This document shows positions 39,201 to 50,942 of a DNA stretch of 64,000 nucleotides, in pieces. The notes beneath the pieces are model-generated. The model made no database searches. It saw only the letters and a program-made list of their open reading frames with translations, and was not told the DNA's origin. Position 1 is the first letter of the stretch. Each line of letters starts with the position of its first letter. This DNA comes from Daphnia carinata. Taxonomy: Eukaryota. The stretch lies in assembly GCF_022539665.2 (NCBI RefSeq), contig NC_081333.1, positions 4,960,001 through 5,024,000 of the forward strand, read 5' to 3'. Both the position numbers and the translations under genes were made by a program.

Positions 39201-40049
39201 TACGAAGGAAAAAACTGTACGATTGGAACAGATGGATGGTCAATTCATCCATATTCTGATTGTTTCTGGAAAACACCTTTGGTAAATTTAAATGGAAATC
39301 CACACACATGGGAACACAATTCTACGACAGGAGATTGGATACGCCAGACACCTAGCATTCACATGCCTAATTTAGACCTCATTTCAGAATTTGAAGAACT
39401 CCATCTTAACGATTTCGACTTCGCGCTGAAAAGCCATCCAGCACACGAGACGATGGAAATGGAACAATTAAATATTCTAAATGACCTAGTTGGCAGAATG
39501 CAAGAAGGCAACTCCAATTCTGTTGGAGACATTGTAATGTCAGAACAACAAGATAATCAAATAGGAAACATGTTCTCATGGTTCGACAAACTAAAAATAA
39601 TTGGTCTATCAGCGATAGGATTTGTACTATTCCTCGTATGTTTACGAATCTTCATTATTTGCAACCCCATCTCGAAGATAAAAGAACATATCCGCAGAAA
39701 ACGGAACTTTACAACCAGATACGATGATGGCGTAGAGGAAGAACACGAACTCGCATCAATGATACCGGCACGAGAAACAAATTACCATTCGGAAATAGCA
39801 ATCGAACAACCGTTCCTAAGAACAACCGCCCCTGCACAACTAACAACAGAAAGACAAGGTCAAATGCGCCCTCCCCGACCAAGTGCACCAAATTCATTAA
39901 TTTACCCCTCTATCGAAACAACTGACACAATCACACGATGTACAGGAAAACACACCATGTGCACTTACGTCGTCGGATATGGCATGGTTTGGGAAGACCT
40001 ATGCCGTTGCATGTCCGAAACAGACAATAGTAATTCAGCCAGAAAGTAA
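30262..40049 (+). CDS. env: Env-like type I membrane glycoprotein (reconstructed 30262-33011 + 38705-40049, ~1364 aa); interrupted by one TAG (31678) and a MULE
   Basis: N-terminal hydrophobic signal; Cys-rich ectodomain; KRKR furin site (31180-31191); QxW/C-rich ricin-B-like repeats; Thr-rich tract; TM IIGLSAIGFVLFLVCLRIFIIC; ~130-aa tail. The three ORF pieces join in one frame. Confidence 0.9.
33012..38695. mobile_element. Foldback-type Mutator-like element (5.7 kb, ~2.3-kb inverted arms) inserted in env
   Basis: 9-bp TSD TACTGCCGG (33003-33011 and 38696-38704). GAAAAAGGCCC arrays at both ends. Arms ~33012-35330 and ~36375-38695 are diverged reverse complements. Confidence 0.95.
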
Positions 40050-40704
40050 AAGTCCCAAGGTCATTGAAATTAAAAGTAGCCACTAAACATAACCCCTGAC
40101 AAATTTAATTAATTACAAAATAAATTAGCTCCCAGAAAATAACACACTTATCAGCATTTTTTTTCCGACCACTTAGGTGATTTTTAAAATATATCCCATA
40201 CTCGTAACTTTATAGTAAAACAAAGAGTAGAGACAAAACCCGAATAACAATTTTGTATTCCAAACTAACATGAACTAAAAAATTCAAAATAGAAAACCTT
40301 TGGGATAGACAAAACAAAAATTACAAACCAAACCAAGTCAATAACAAAATCATCGGAGAAAAAGCAGTGTAGTGTAACAAAGAACGACAGAAACTAACGC
40401 ACGAAGAAAAAGAAAGACGCAAGAACCCCTATAAGAAAAGACAATGACTTAAAAAGGAAAATAGAAAGTTCAAAATGTAACGGTATATTCATCAATTCGC
40501 CCCACGGCGAAATAGAAGACGGAACACATTAAAATAGAAGAAACTACCTGTTTTGAAATTAAGAAGAGGGGAACAAGAATTTATGAAAAACTCTGCAAAA
40601 GAAGACTTTTCAAAAAACTAACCTCTTCCCAGTGTTTCAACGACATAATTCAGACAAAGTTCTACAAAGAAAAGTGTCATCACAAGTCAACCTTTACTCT
40701 AAAA

Positions 40705-41946
40705 ATGGAAAACAACAACATCACTCAGGATAACGCAATGGACGTAACCATCATCCCACAAGAGGAAAAAGAATACGAATTAATATACATTAGTGATACT
40801 GAAAGTGAGAATAGCCAGCAGGAGTACAAAGAAAAGGAAAGTGCTAAAAATGCAGATGTGAACAAGCAGATAGTGAAAAATGTGGAATGGAACGGAATCA
40901 AAACCGAGAAAAACGATTTTTCCGAACTAGAGAGAAAAAGGAAAGACATCAGTGAATCAAGTGACGACGACACTGAGGAGGTAAATGCCTATAGTGAAAT
41001 GGAACCCGATCTGGATAGTACCTACAGTACCGAATTTATATTGGAAAATAACAGTGACACCGGTTTCCAATATGACCCACCCCACGGTACCGAATTGGAA
41101 AATGTTAGTGACACCGACCTCCAATGTGAACCGCCCAAAAAACGGAGCAGACCGAATAACCAACAAAGGGAAACAGAAACATGCAAGAACTGTCGGATGA
41201 AGACAATAGCACCCCTTTCAACAGAACAAGCAGAGAAGATTCAACTGCACCGACAGGCTACTATTGACTTGGAAGACGGAAAACTTTGTCTATCAATGAT
41301 GGAAGCTACACTACCAACTATAAGAAGATGCATCCAAAAAAGATTAGAATCGCTAGGATGTTGGCCACGACAAAAAATGGCCATATTCCTTAATAAAAGA
41401 TACGAGGATGGACGTACCCTGCTCCACACCAGTATACAAAAAGTAAGGTACGACATAACTGATGCTCTACTTGCCTATGGGGCAAACCCCGAGATAATGT
41501 ATCGAGGCAGCACAATTGGACACATGGCAGCGGAAAATAACGACTTATTCCTGGTAAGGATACTAAAACACCACAACTGCGAGTTCACAAATCGCAATAA
41601 AGACGGAGAAACCCCGCTAATGACAGCAATATCACACGAACATGAGGAATGCGAACGCCTAATTTCGACACCAACAAACATCAAAATAGCAACCAGCAAG
41701 GGCAGAACCATCTTGCATTACCTCGCCAGATATGGACTCGAAGACTTGGCTACGCAAATCTGTACAAAAAGAATAATTGACGTCAACCAGCAAGACGAAA
41801 CGGGCACAACTGCCTTACACGAAGCAGTGAAATATAAACGACTGGACATGATCGAATTACTGCTTCTACATGGAGCAGATAAAAAGATAAAAGACAACCG
41901 TGGACATACGGCTGTAGCAAATAATAACAGCACAAACATACAATAA
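40705..41946 (+). CDS. Ankyrin-repeat accessory protein (413 aa) encoded inside the retroelement
   Basis: Uninterrupted ATG-initiated ORF between env and the PPT, with the element's A-rich composition. About 5-6 ANK repeats (GRTLLH, GSTIGH, GETPLM, GRTILH, GTTALH, GHTA). Acidic N-terminus and PPKKRSR. Confidence 0.92.
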   Translation: MENNNITQDNAMDVTIIPQEEKEYELIYISDTESENSQQEYKEKESAKNADVNKQIVKNVEWNGIKTEKNDFSELERKRKDISESSDDDTEEVNAYSEMEPDLDSTYSTEFILENNSDTGFQYDPPHGTELENVSDTDLQCEPPKKRSRPNNQQRETETCKNCRMKTIAPLSTEQAEKIQLHRQATIDLEDGKLCLSMMEATLPTIRRCIQKRLESLGCWPRQKMAIFLNKRYEDGRTLLHTSIQKVRYDITDALLAYGANPEIMYRGSTIGHMAAENNDLFLVRILKHHNCEFTNRNKDGETPLMTAISHEHEECERLISTPTNIKIATSKGRTILHYLARYGLEDLATQICTKRIIDVNQQDETGTTALHEAVKYKRLDMIELLLLHGADKKIKDNRGHTAVANNNSTNIQ

Positions 41947-42144
41947 TCAAGACAAAGGTGGAACGAGTTATTCAACCATAGTCATCATTAGTATTCATAG
42001 AAGCAGCTGTAGTTGGTGACGGAAAAAGAAGAAGGAGAAAAATTTCTGCTAAAAATTCAGGTGAAGGAACAAGTTTTTTATATTATCCGTAAAACAATAG
42101 TCGGTGATGGAAACACACACATTGGAGGACCAATTCTTCTCATC

Positions 42145-42159
42145 GAAGAGGGGAAGGAA
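42145..42159 (+). promoter_or_regulatory. Polypurine tract
   Basis: GAAGAGGGGAAGGAA immediately before the 3' LTR. Confidence 0.9.
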
Positions 42160-42360
42160 TGTAACGAGCCCACAGGCTATCCGAAGACGGCCACACCCTC
42201 AACATCCCTCAAGCGTTTCACAAGTGAAAGTGAACATGTCCCCTCCCATTTTACCTTCATTTTGTATGTGTGTTAGTAGTATAAATACTGCATTTTTGTA
42301 ACATGTAATTGGGACTTGTTACGACAATCCACTGCAATACACAAGGTTTGAAACTTTACA
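42160..42360 (+). repeat. 3' LTR (201 bp)
   Basis: Identical by eye to 18887-19087. Confidence 0.97.
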
Positions 42361-44745
42361 ACTAGCCAAGTTAGCTACCAACTAGCGAGATGGACAGCAA
42401 GAAAAATATAAATCAATAAGAAAAGAAACAAAAACAAAAACAAAAAAACGCAAGATAAATAGCATGGTGTTGTCAACGAACGTTTAATATTCAACGTATA
42501 ACTCGTCTTTCCAACCGACCAAGGTTATCACCCTAACGCCACGGCAGCAATCTGGCATATATCTGCATTACATGTTTTGTTCATCCATATCGTCTCCAAT
42601 GGCGGCTTGGTGCAGAACTCGTTACGTGACGAAGTAGAAGGTTGGGCTAGGAACGGGCAAAAAAGAAGGTGACAATTTAAGAGGAGGGAGACAGAAAGCA
42701 AACGAACAAAAAGGGAAAATGGAAAACAGAAAGAAACTAGTTTTAGTCCGTGTCAAAGAAGAGAAATAATAGGAAGAAAAGAATAGCTGTTAAACAAGCT
42801 CACGTACGACAGGGCACAAGGTCCAATTCATCACGTCAACCGAAACATGTCGCATTGGTCCACCTTATCGGTCAGTTGGAGGTCCTCTCATTTCAAGCGA
42901 TCAAACCAAACGCGATCAAATGTATCTGTCGAATGCCTTGTATTTATAGCTATTCTATATATGCAAATGCAGACAGCCAGTAAAGGATAACCATCTGGAG
43001 GTATGGCCAGCCAACAAATCGACTTCGCTTTGAACTGTGTATGTGACTGCTGCCTGCGGACATATTCAATACAATGGCCTCTGACGAATCAGATTTTTAA
43101 TCAATCATTAATCACCAAAGCTAGGTTTAGTCACCGTATACATGACTATAACTTTACAGCAACAGGGCTTTCGTTTGTTTTCAATGCTGCCAGATTAGCG
43201 CGATTAATTATATAGCGTAGAAATGATACGGGCCTTTAATAGCTACAGGTATTTGTACGAAATATCGACTGCTCTTCGTATGGAAAATTCAACGGCTTAC
43301 TTGATGTGAATGAGCGTATGTTTATGTTGCTCGCAAGGAAAAATTATTTTTGGAAACGTGCTTTATAGGGAGGATTTCGTTAGCAATCAAGGTTTGAAAT
43401 TCTGGAATGATTGATTGATTTCTTGAGATTTTTCTGGTATGTACCCTGAGATTTCGACCCAATTTTGACAATACTTAAAGGACGATATGAGACTTCCGAA
43501 GCTGTAATGGATTCGTTCAGCTAGTGGGGTAGTATTTGACCTGACCGGAACACAACATATCGGTACTATTGATTAATGTGCCATTGTCGGGTTTGTTGCC
43601 CTCGTTTAAGAAAAATCTTTATAGCAAGTTTATCTCCCACAACGCCATACTCCCTTCATTATTGATTCTCATATTCTTTTATTTTGTTTAGGTATAGGTA
43701 GGTATATTCGTTATTTACCTCGAAATAGGGGCATCTTAAAAATTTGTTTTTTAAACAATTGAATTGGAACATTAAGTAAAATGAATCATGTGTTTAAAGA
43801 AGAATGAATGTTTCATTTAAATTATATTTTTTGAAATTTTAAAATAATTTCGCAAACCTCCAGTTGCAGAATTGTAAATAAGTAGGCAAAACTATTTTAA
43901 ACCGAAAAACTTCTTTTATTTTTTAATTACGCATCATCTGGGCTGGCTTTTCTTTTAAAAGTTGTGGATTTATGCTGTTAATATCAAATTATTTTTCCAG
44001 GAATTCAATTTTATTGCTGGTCGCGAAAAAAGGGATTAACCAACATACACCCGTGCCTACTAGCCCCACTTTCCACTTGTTCCTTTATCACAGTATTCCT
44101 CCTTTCAAATTTCGAACAAAACCACCTAAACGCCATCTCTGGAGCTAAACATGCGTAGCGCAGTTGCTTTGAAACATGGACTGCTTCTGATGTACTATAC
44201 TATTTATGGTACTAGTAACTTTGAGCCTGTCCAGAGTCGGGGAATACGTGGCACTAACATATTTTTAATGCCCTTATTTGCCATTTTTTTGTTTGTCGAC
44301 CCTTTAGTCTTCGAAACAACTTTAACCCTTTAGAAATCGAAACACTCCCTATCTGTAACCGTAGACCCGCCCATTGCCTCTATCCGCCAAAATGCCGCTG
44401 TACTTGCCCGCTAGTATACCGCAGTAAGCCATCAGTAAATTCCGAGAGATCCACGGATGGGGACTTGACCAACGGAGTTTCGCAACAGCGTTTTATACCG
44501 TTGCGCGAATTAACCCTGGTCGTGACTGAGTATCTCCGTATCTTTTTAAAAGTGGGTGCCGGGTGAATCATCTCTGTGAAGAGATGATCAGTCTTCTTTT
44601 CCCCCGCGACAGTAATAATAACCTTAATGTTAATCACTATTCTATAATAAAATGAAATAACAACTTTTTTAATTTTTTATATTTTGTTCAGGCCAAATTA
44701 CACAAACAATATTTTTATTGAATTGTGGTCGAAAGTAGAAAAAGG

Positions 44746-47241
44746 TTAAGTTGTAAGAGGTGTAGACGAGATTGACTCTGATTTTTCCTCTGTCGGTTGT
44801 ATAGGAATCTTCATCCGGAAGGTTTCTGCAATTAACTTTAGAACTCTCAGTTTACCGTTTGTATCTTGCAGTGAATAGAAAGATGAGATTTTGTTCTTCA
44901 TTCCGTTGAACTGCATGTCAAGTGACGATAACACCTGTGATTCTTCTTCGTCGTATAAGTCTCCGAGCGCTTTTGCCATGTTTGGTATATTCTCTATAAC
45001 ATCCTCCTTAAAGGTTTCGTCATTGGCTTCATCAGTCATTTTCGAGAATACATCGCTTCCTTCTGATTACCTGGCAAGGCTCTCTATGGATGGATCTTCA
45101 CGGATAACACTGAGGAATATGTAAATCATCTCTGATTTTTGTTCAACATCCAATTTAAGCACTCTAATATCATGAAGGATATCCGAGAAAACATGCAAAA
45201 TACCTGTTTTCTCAGCAGGGCCTGCTTCAGGCGAATTTTCTTTATCAGCAATACTGGAGAAAACGTGAGTCATTTTTTATTTTAAATCATCGTCCAATTC
45301 CAGTCGGCTGAGATTATGAAGTATTTTCGCGAACACGTCCGTCATGGCTGTTTTCATACGTAGTCCCGTATCTGGTGTCTTTTCGTCACGGGCAACACTG
45401 GAGAGCACGCTAATCATTTCTGATTTGTGTTCGACGTCCAAATCAAGTGCTTTCATGCCATGAAGGATTTTTGAGAAAATATTCAGCATGCCTATTTTCT
45501 CGACAGAGCCCGTTTCAGGTGATTTTTCTTCATGAGTAACACTGGAAAGCACTTTAATCATTTTTGATTTCTGATCATGTTCCAATTCCAGTCCGCTTAG
45601 GGCACGAAGTATTTTCGAGAACACTTTCGTCATGTCTGTTTTCCTAAGTAGTCCCGTATCTGGTGTGTTTTCTTCACGGGCAACACTGGAGAGCACGTTA
45701 ATCATTACTGATTTGTGTTCAACATCTAATTCAAGTGCTTTAATGCCATGAAGGGGTTTTGAGAAAACATTCAGCATGACTAGTTTCTCGGCAGGGCCCG
45801 CCTCAGGTGATTTTTCTTCGTGAGTAACACTGGAGAGAACTTTAATCATGTTTGATCTCTGGTCATGGTCCAATTTCAGTCCATTGAGGGCTTGAAGTAT
45901 TTTCGAGAACACCTTCGTTATGTCTGTTTTCAGAGGTAATCCCGCATCGGATGCGTCATCTTCACGGGTTACCCTGGAGAGTACGTTAATCATTTCTGAT
46001 TTGTGTCCAACGTCCAATTCAAGTTCTTTAATGCCATGAAGGATACTTGAGAAAACATTCAGCATGTCTTTTTTCTCGACAGGGTCCGTCTCAGGTGATT
46101 TTTCTTCATGAGTAATGCTGAAGAGAACTTTAATCATTTTTAATTTCCGATCATGGTCCAATTCCAGTCCGTTGAAGTCATGAAGTATTTTGGAGAACAC
46201 TTTCATCATGTCTGTTTTCATACGGAGACCCACATCTGGTGTGTGTTCTTGACGGGTAACACTGGAGAGCACGTTAATCATTTCTGATTTGTGCTCAACG
46301 TCCAATTCGAGTGCTTTAATGTCATGAAGGACATTCGAGAAAGCATTCAGCATGTCTCTTTTCTCGGCAGGTCCCGCTTCAGGTAATTTTTCTTCGTCAA
46401 TAACACTAGAGAGAAATTTAACCATTTTTGATCTCTGTTCATGCTCCATTTCCAGTCCGTTGAGGTCATGAAGTATTTTCGACAATACCTTCGTCATGCC
46501 TGTTTTCATGCGTAGTCCCGCATCTAGTTTCTTACCTTCACGGATAACACTGGAGAGTACATTAATCATTTCTGATTTGTGTTCAATGTCCAATTCAAGT
46601 GCTTTAGTGTCATGAAGGATATTCGAGAAAACATTAAGCATGTCTTTTTTCTCGGCAGAGTCCGCTTCCGGTGATTTTTCTTCATCAGTAACACTAAAGA
46701 GAAATTTAATCATTTTTGATCTATGATCATGGTGCAATTCCAGTCCGTTGAGGTCATGAAGTATCTTCAACAATACCTTCGTCATGCCTGTTCTCATACG
46801 CAGCCCCGCATCTGGTGTGTTATCTTCACGGGTAACACTGGAGAGTACGTTAATCATTTCTGATTTGTGTTCAACGTCCAATTCAAGTGCTTGAATGCCA
46901 TGAAAGATATTCGAGAAGACATTCATCATGTCTGTTTTTTTGGCAGGGCCCGCTTCAGGTGATTTTTCTTCATCGGTAAAACTAGAGAGAACTTTTGTCA
47001 TTTTTGTTTTCTGACGGTCAAATTTCACCCTGTGGAGTTCAGGAAGAATTTTCGAGAGTGCGTTCATCATGTCTGGTTTCATACGTAGTACCGCATCTGG
47101 TGTGTTTTCTTCGCGTGCAACACTGGAGAGTACAGGGGGAATTGCTTCTCCCATGGTCCCCAATATTACGAAGAACCCCACTAAACAGCTGACTGCAAGA
47201 ACTCTCGACACTGCCAAGTAGCATGTTGAACACTTAACCAT
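44746..47241 (-). pseudogene. Intronless, probably secreted tandem-repeat protein (alternating 48-aa units, 96-aa/288-bp higher-order repeat) with two in-frame stops
   Basis: Signal-like MVKCSTCYLAVSRVLAVSCLVGFFVILGTMGEA, then about 7 A+B dimers (VLSSV.REENTPD…/VLSSV..EEKSPEA…). ORFs 45277-47391, 45067-45273 and 44746-45039 are all in one frame. Confidence 0.8.
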
Positions 47242-50200
47242 TTTCGATTTTTGAGTTTGAGCAGAATGAGATATCTTTCGATCATACACGTTTATCATGA
47301 AATGCACCGCCGATTTGAACCCCGTAAGTGTAAAATCTTGAGGTATTCTTGCATTTTTCCAAAACACCAAGACATCCCAAAAATTTAACATCGAATTTCA
47401 GTTTAATGCCTATAGTCGCATTAAGTTCAATTAGGTTTTATTGAAAATTTGATGTAGAACAATATGAAAGGACATCAAACAAAGAAAAGAGCTATGCCTA
47501 GTTGTTCCAAAAGGATGAATGTTCAAACACGGCTAGGGAATCAGATAATCAGTAAAATAATCAGCAATAAGAAAAAATAAACAGTTTTCCAATGTTGTGC
47601 AACAAATAATAATAAGAAAATAAATGGTTCATGTATTGGTAAAACACCAGAAATAAAATTTGAATTTCGATGGTTTACCGTTTTTAGACATTTTCCCATA
47701 AAAATTCTATCGCAAGCATTGGTCGATGACTTGCCAATAGATGGCGTCTGCAGACAGTTTGTGAATGTTTTTCACGAATTTATGAATGAAAAAATAATAA
47801 AACAATATTAATGAGCAGTTTTTTAACGTTTAATTAGGTAAGGTAATCATGTAATTAATTGGAAATGTTTAGAATATACTCACAGGAGACATGAATTATT
47901 ATTATTTTTACACCGAAGTGGTAAGCTACACCGTATAATAAATATCTGTCATTGTCAGCTACCGTAAAACATGGGAGACTCAGTTTTAGCGCCCCGCCTG
48001 CTCTGTGGAAAGGAAATTAAACAGTAGAACTCCACTTTTTCACAACAGCATTCTGCTCTTCCTCAAAAATTTCCATGATATATCGTTACACATTTGCCGT
48101 CCTCTGCCCACGTACACATTTTACCCGGTTCCCTGAAGTGATACCACAGCCAATCGATGCTGGCAAATGGATTAGTGTAGTGTAGAGTGTGCAGTGTAGA
48201 GATCGAAGATGTGGAGCAAAAACAGCTATTGTATTCTTATGTATGATCTTGGTCTGCAACACAATATTTAGTTCCCATGAAAATGATGTAAAACTATTTT
48301 AATAACTATTTTGCATTTAGGGATGTTTTGGGAAAGGAAACCTTTCAAGGAGCTCACAAAAATTTTAAATCCTCTGAAGTAAAAACATAATCGATAATAG
48401 TTGTAGCAATTGTAATTTACATTTCGCAATGACTAATTATGCCTAGTTTTTCAGTTATGTTAGTGAAACTTGAAATTTGATGGTTGAAGAAGCATTTTTC
48501 CCAAGCTGTCATTGGATGTTTACAAATAAAATTGGAAGAAAAATTCTTGAATCTGGATGAAATCGTGGATTTGTTTATGAAAACTACCAACAACTTTTTG
48601 TCTCAGGTATGACAACATTTTTTTCAGTTGCAAATTCAATTAACTCCCATCAAACACTGCTTTAAAAATTTGTTTTGGTTTTTTTTGCACTATATTTTCT
48701 ATACAGCTAATCAGCAAGCAAATTTTTTAAACTGCAAGCTAGCCTAATCCTAACAAGTTTTTTAAAATTAAAATGTTTAGCCACATGCTTTATTGCAAAG
48801 GTTTTACTGACAAGTGTCATATCATAGATATCTATCTTATCAACATTTTTGATTGTCTGCTGGTTGGGTAGTCCGATCAGGTCTTAAGTTTAGCGGAGAT
48901 TTCAGTATGTTATGTTTATTTAAACAATTTTTGACTCATAATGATGGAATTGATTTTCATATAGTCCCATACAAACAATGACCTGAGTTTCATCCTGCAT
49001 TATATTCAGTTGTAGTGCGTGACCGGAATATGTCTAATGAAAATATTGGCAGTTGGATACAACTTTCCACTGTAAACTGTATTACACAATCTGTATCAAA
49101 GGTGCACTGAAAAGTAAAATTTGTTTCCTCATATAGTTTTATTTAATATACTTAGGTTTTGCTATTTTTGGCAAGAGCTTGTACTGTGTGATGTATAGTG
49201 CCTATGCATCCTGTGTCTAAGTTAACCACTCCGGAATGTCTTAGACATTTGAAATTAAATGTTGTGGTCCTGAAGCGATGGGTTTCTGCACAAGAATGAA
49301 TAATTGATTAGCTTGTAATGAGCCCTATCAGATGTGTTGAACAACTAAGTATTGCAACTCTGGGACTGAATGAATGTAGCAGCAATGAAGGAGTTTACGG
49401 AGCAAATATTCACATCAATCAGTCAATAATAAAATGTATCAGTGTGCTGAGTAATAATCTTAGAACCCTGTATGCTCTGTGATCTACCTTTAATTTGGTC
49501 AAGGATGATGTTGATCTACTAGTACTTCTCAATACATTTTTGTAGGTATGTGTAATGTGTAAGTACAAGAAATACAGAAAATTTATTACGGTATTGATCG
49601 CATGTTGTGTTGGGGTATATTCGTGTACAAATGCTGGAAGCAGCGAACAAGCGCATTTTCTAGTTCAGCCCAATGCAATTCTTGTATTTCAAAAATGTCC
49701 GCCCATCGATGTAGTGGAGATCGCTGGGGAGAAACACAGGTAAAAAAAGAAAACCCATGAATCATGGACCAATGTGCTGCCATCTATACTGTACCAGTAG
49801 TCTTATCAGCTACGAATTTGTTTTAGTAAATAATACCACTGAGTTGTTGACTAAGTATCTCATCCCTAAATAAATTATGACGCGTATTATTTTTTTTAAA
49901 TCCCAAACGAAACATACACTTATGACAATAACTATACATTTACTCTTACTACCAGGTAGCATATCTGCGGCTATTCGACCGTAGTTATATACCCACAATG
50001 TTCCAGTTCCTGTTGAGATTGTGTGTTTGATAGACGTGAGAATAAAAAATCGTGAGCTTATTAATTGGGGATGCAAGAGACAGAGTAACACTAAAGCTAA
50101 GAATGGATGTGTTTTAGGGATAACGTGATCCGCGCCGACCTACTTTATTTTTCTTTCATCGTCAAGCGAAAAATGAGATTACCTCACAAACTCCCTGTAA

Positions 50201-50797
50201 TAGAGGCAACTACTAGTATTGGTTATGTTTCAACAAAGAACACCCAATCCTAATACTTCGTTCTTGGTGAACGATAGTCTCAGAAAGTGTGGCGTTCATA
50301 TCGCATCTAAGTGTGGTTTGTCTTGTTTTGAAATTGGCCTGTCGCATGAGTCAGACGGGCCTTTAGAGTGTTACTGCTATACTTGTGTAACCCACCCATT
50401 TCTGGTCTGGTTGGTTGCAGTATCACGTTGTAACTCGGAGAGGACCTGCAATGTGATTGCTGGCAGTGACTTTTGACTAAGGAAATCAGGTTGTCAAGGT
50501 TGGAGGAAAAAATCAAGTATATATTATTATTGGCACTAATGAAAAGCGATAATTCAGGAAAAGTTAACAACAAGGATGTGAGGAAGACGAATCTGTTGCT
50601 GTCTTACAAACACATGTCTCGGTATTTACTGTTCACCCTTACGTAAAAATGTTTTGTTCAACGGAACCCTACAAATGAGCCTGATGCCTCGTGTGCTGCA
50701 AATAATGAAACCTACACCATACTAAACGAACGGCGACGTTGAAGGCAGTCTTAAAAAGTTAACCGAAAATATTGCCACCGCCAAGTTGTCAAGAAAA

Positions 50798-50942
50798 ATG
50801 GCAGCTGGCGGAGATGATCAATGGCCAAGAACAGGGAGTCACGGATATTACTTCCTGAAGAAAAACTTTCACAAGCCATCTTATTGCTACCATTGTTCTG
50901 ATTTGGTATGGGGACTTCTTGGACAAGGATACGTTTGTGAAA
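50798..50942 (+). pseudogene. DGKQ: First coding exon of diacylglycerol kinase theta-like gene (start of C1 domain)
   Basis: MAAGGDDQWPRTGSHGYYFLKKNFHKPSYCYHCSDLVWGLLGQGYVCE then GT. Matches the DGK-theta C1a pattern. No downstream exons recognised in the window. Confidence 0.7.

Larger units (their letters stand above)
18887..42360 (+). mobile_element. Full-length Ty3/gypsy endogenous retrovirus-like element (gag-pol-env-ankyrin); ~13.3 kb after removing two nested MULEs
   Basis: LTRs at 18887-19087 and 42160-42360 are identical by eye (TGT…ACA). TSD ACTA at 18883-18886 and 42361-42364. PBS and PPT present. PR-RT-RH-IN order. Confidence 0.97.

Noticed and set aside
40705..41946. Ankyrin ORF captured from the neighbouring mib2 copies
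   Set aside because: Only generic ANK consensus similarity. Composition differs and there is no visible nucleotide match to 61791-63100.
42013..42276. 87-aa ORF running through the PPT into the 3' LTR (nef-like position), and 18584-19003 running into the 5' LTR
   Set aside because: Short, no motif, and the first starts at a non-ATG codon. Their shared C-terminus simply reflects an open frame in the LTR.
44320..44750. TTAACCCTT…AAGGTTAA as piggyBac-like ends
   Set aside because: The inverted match does not extend beyond a few bases.
48000..48610. Possible hAT transposase C-terminal remnant (…LNLDEIVDLF…)
   Set aside because: Too degenerate; no TIR, TSD or catalytic motif found.
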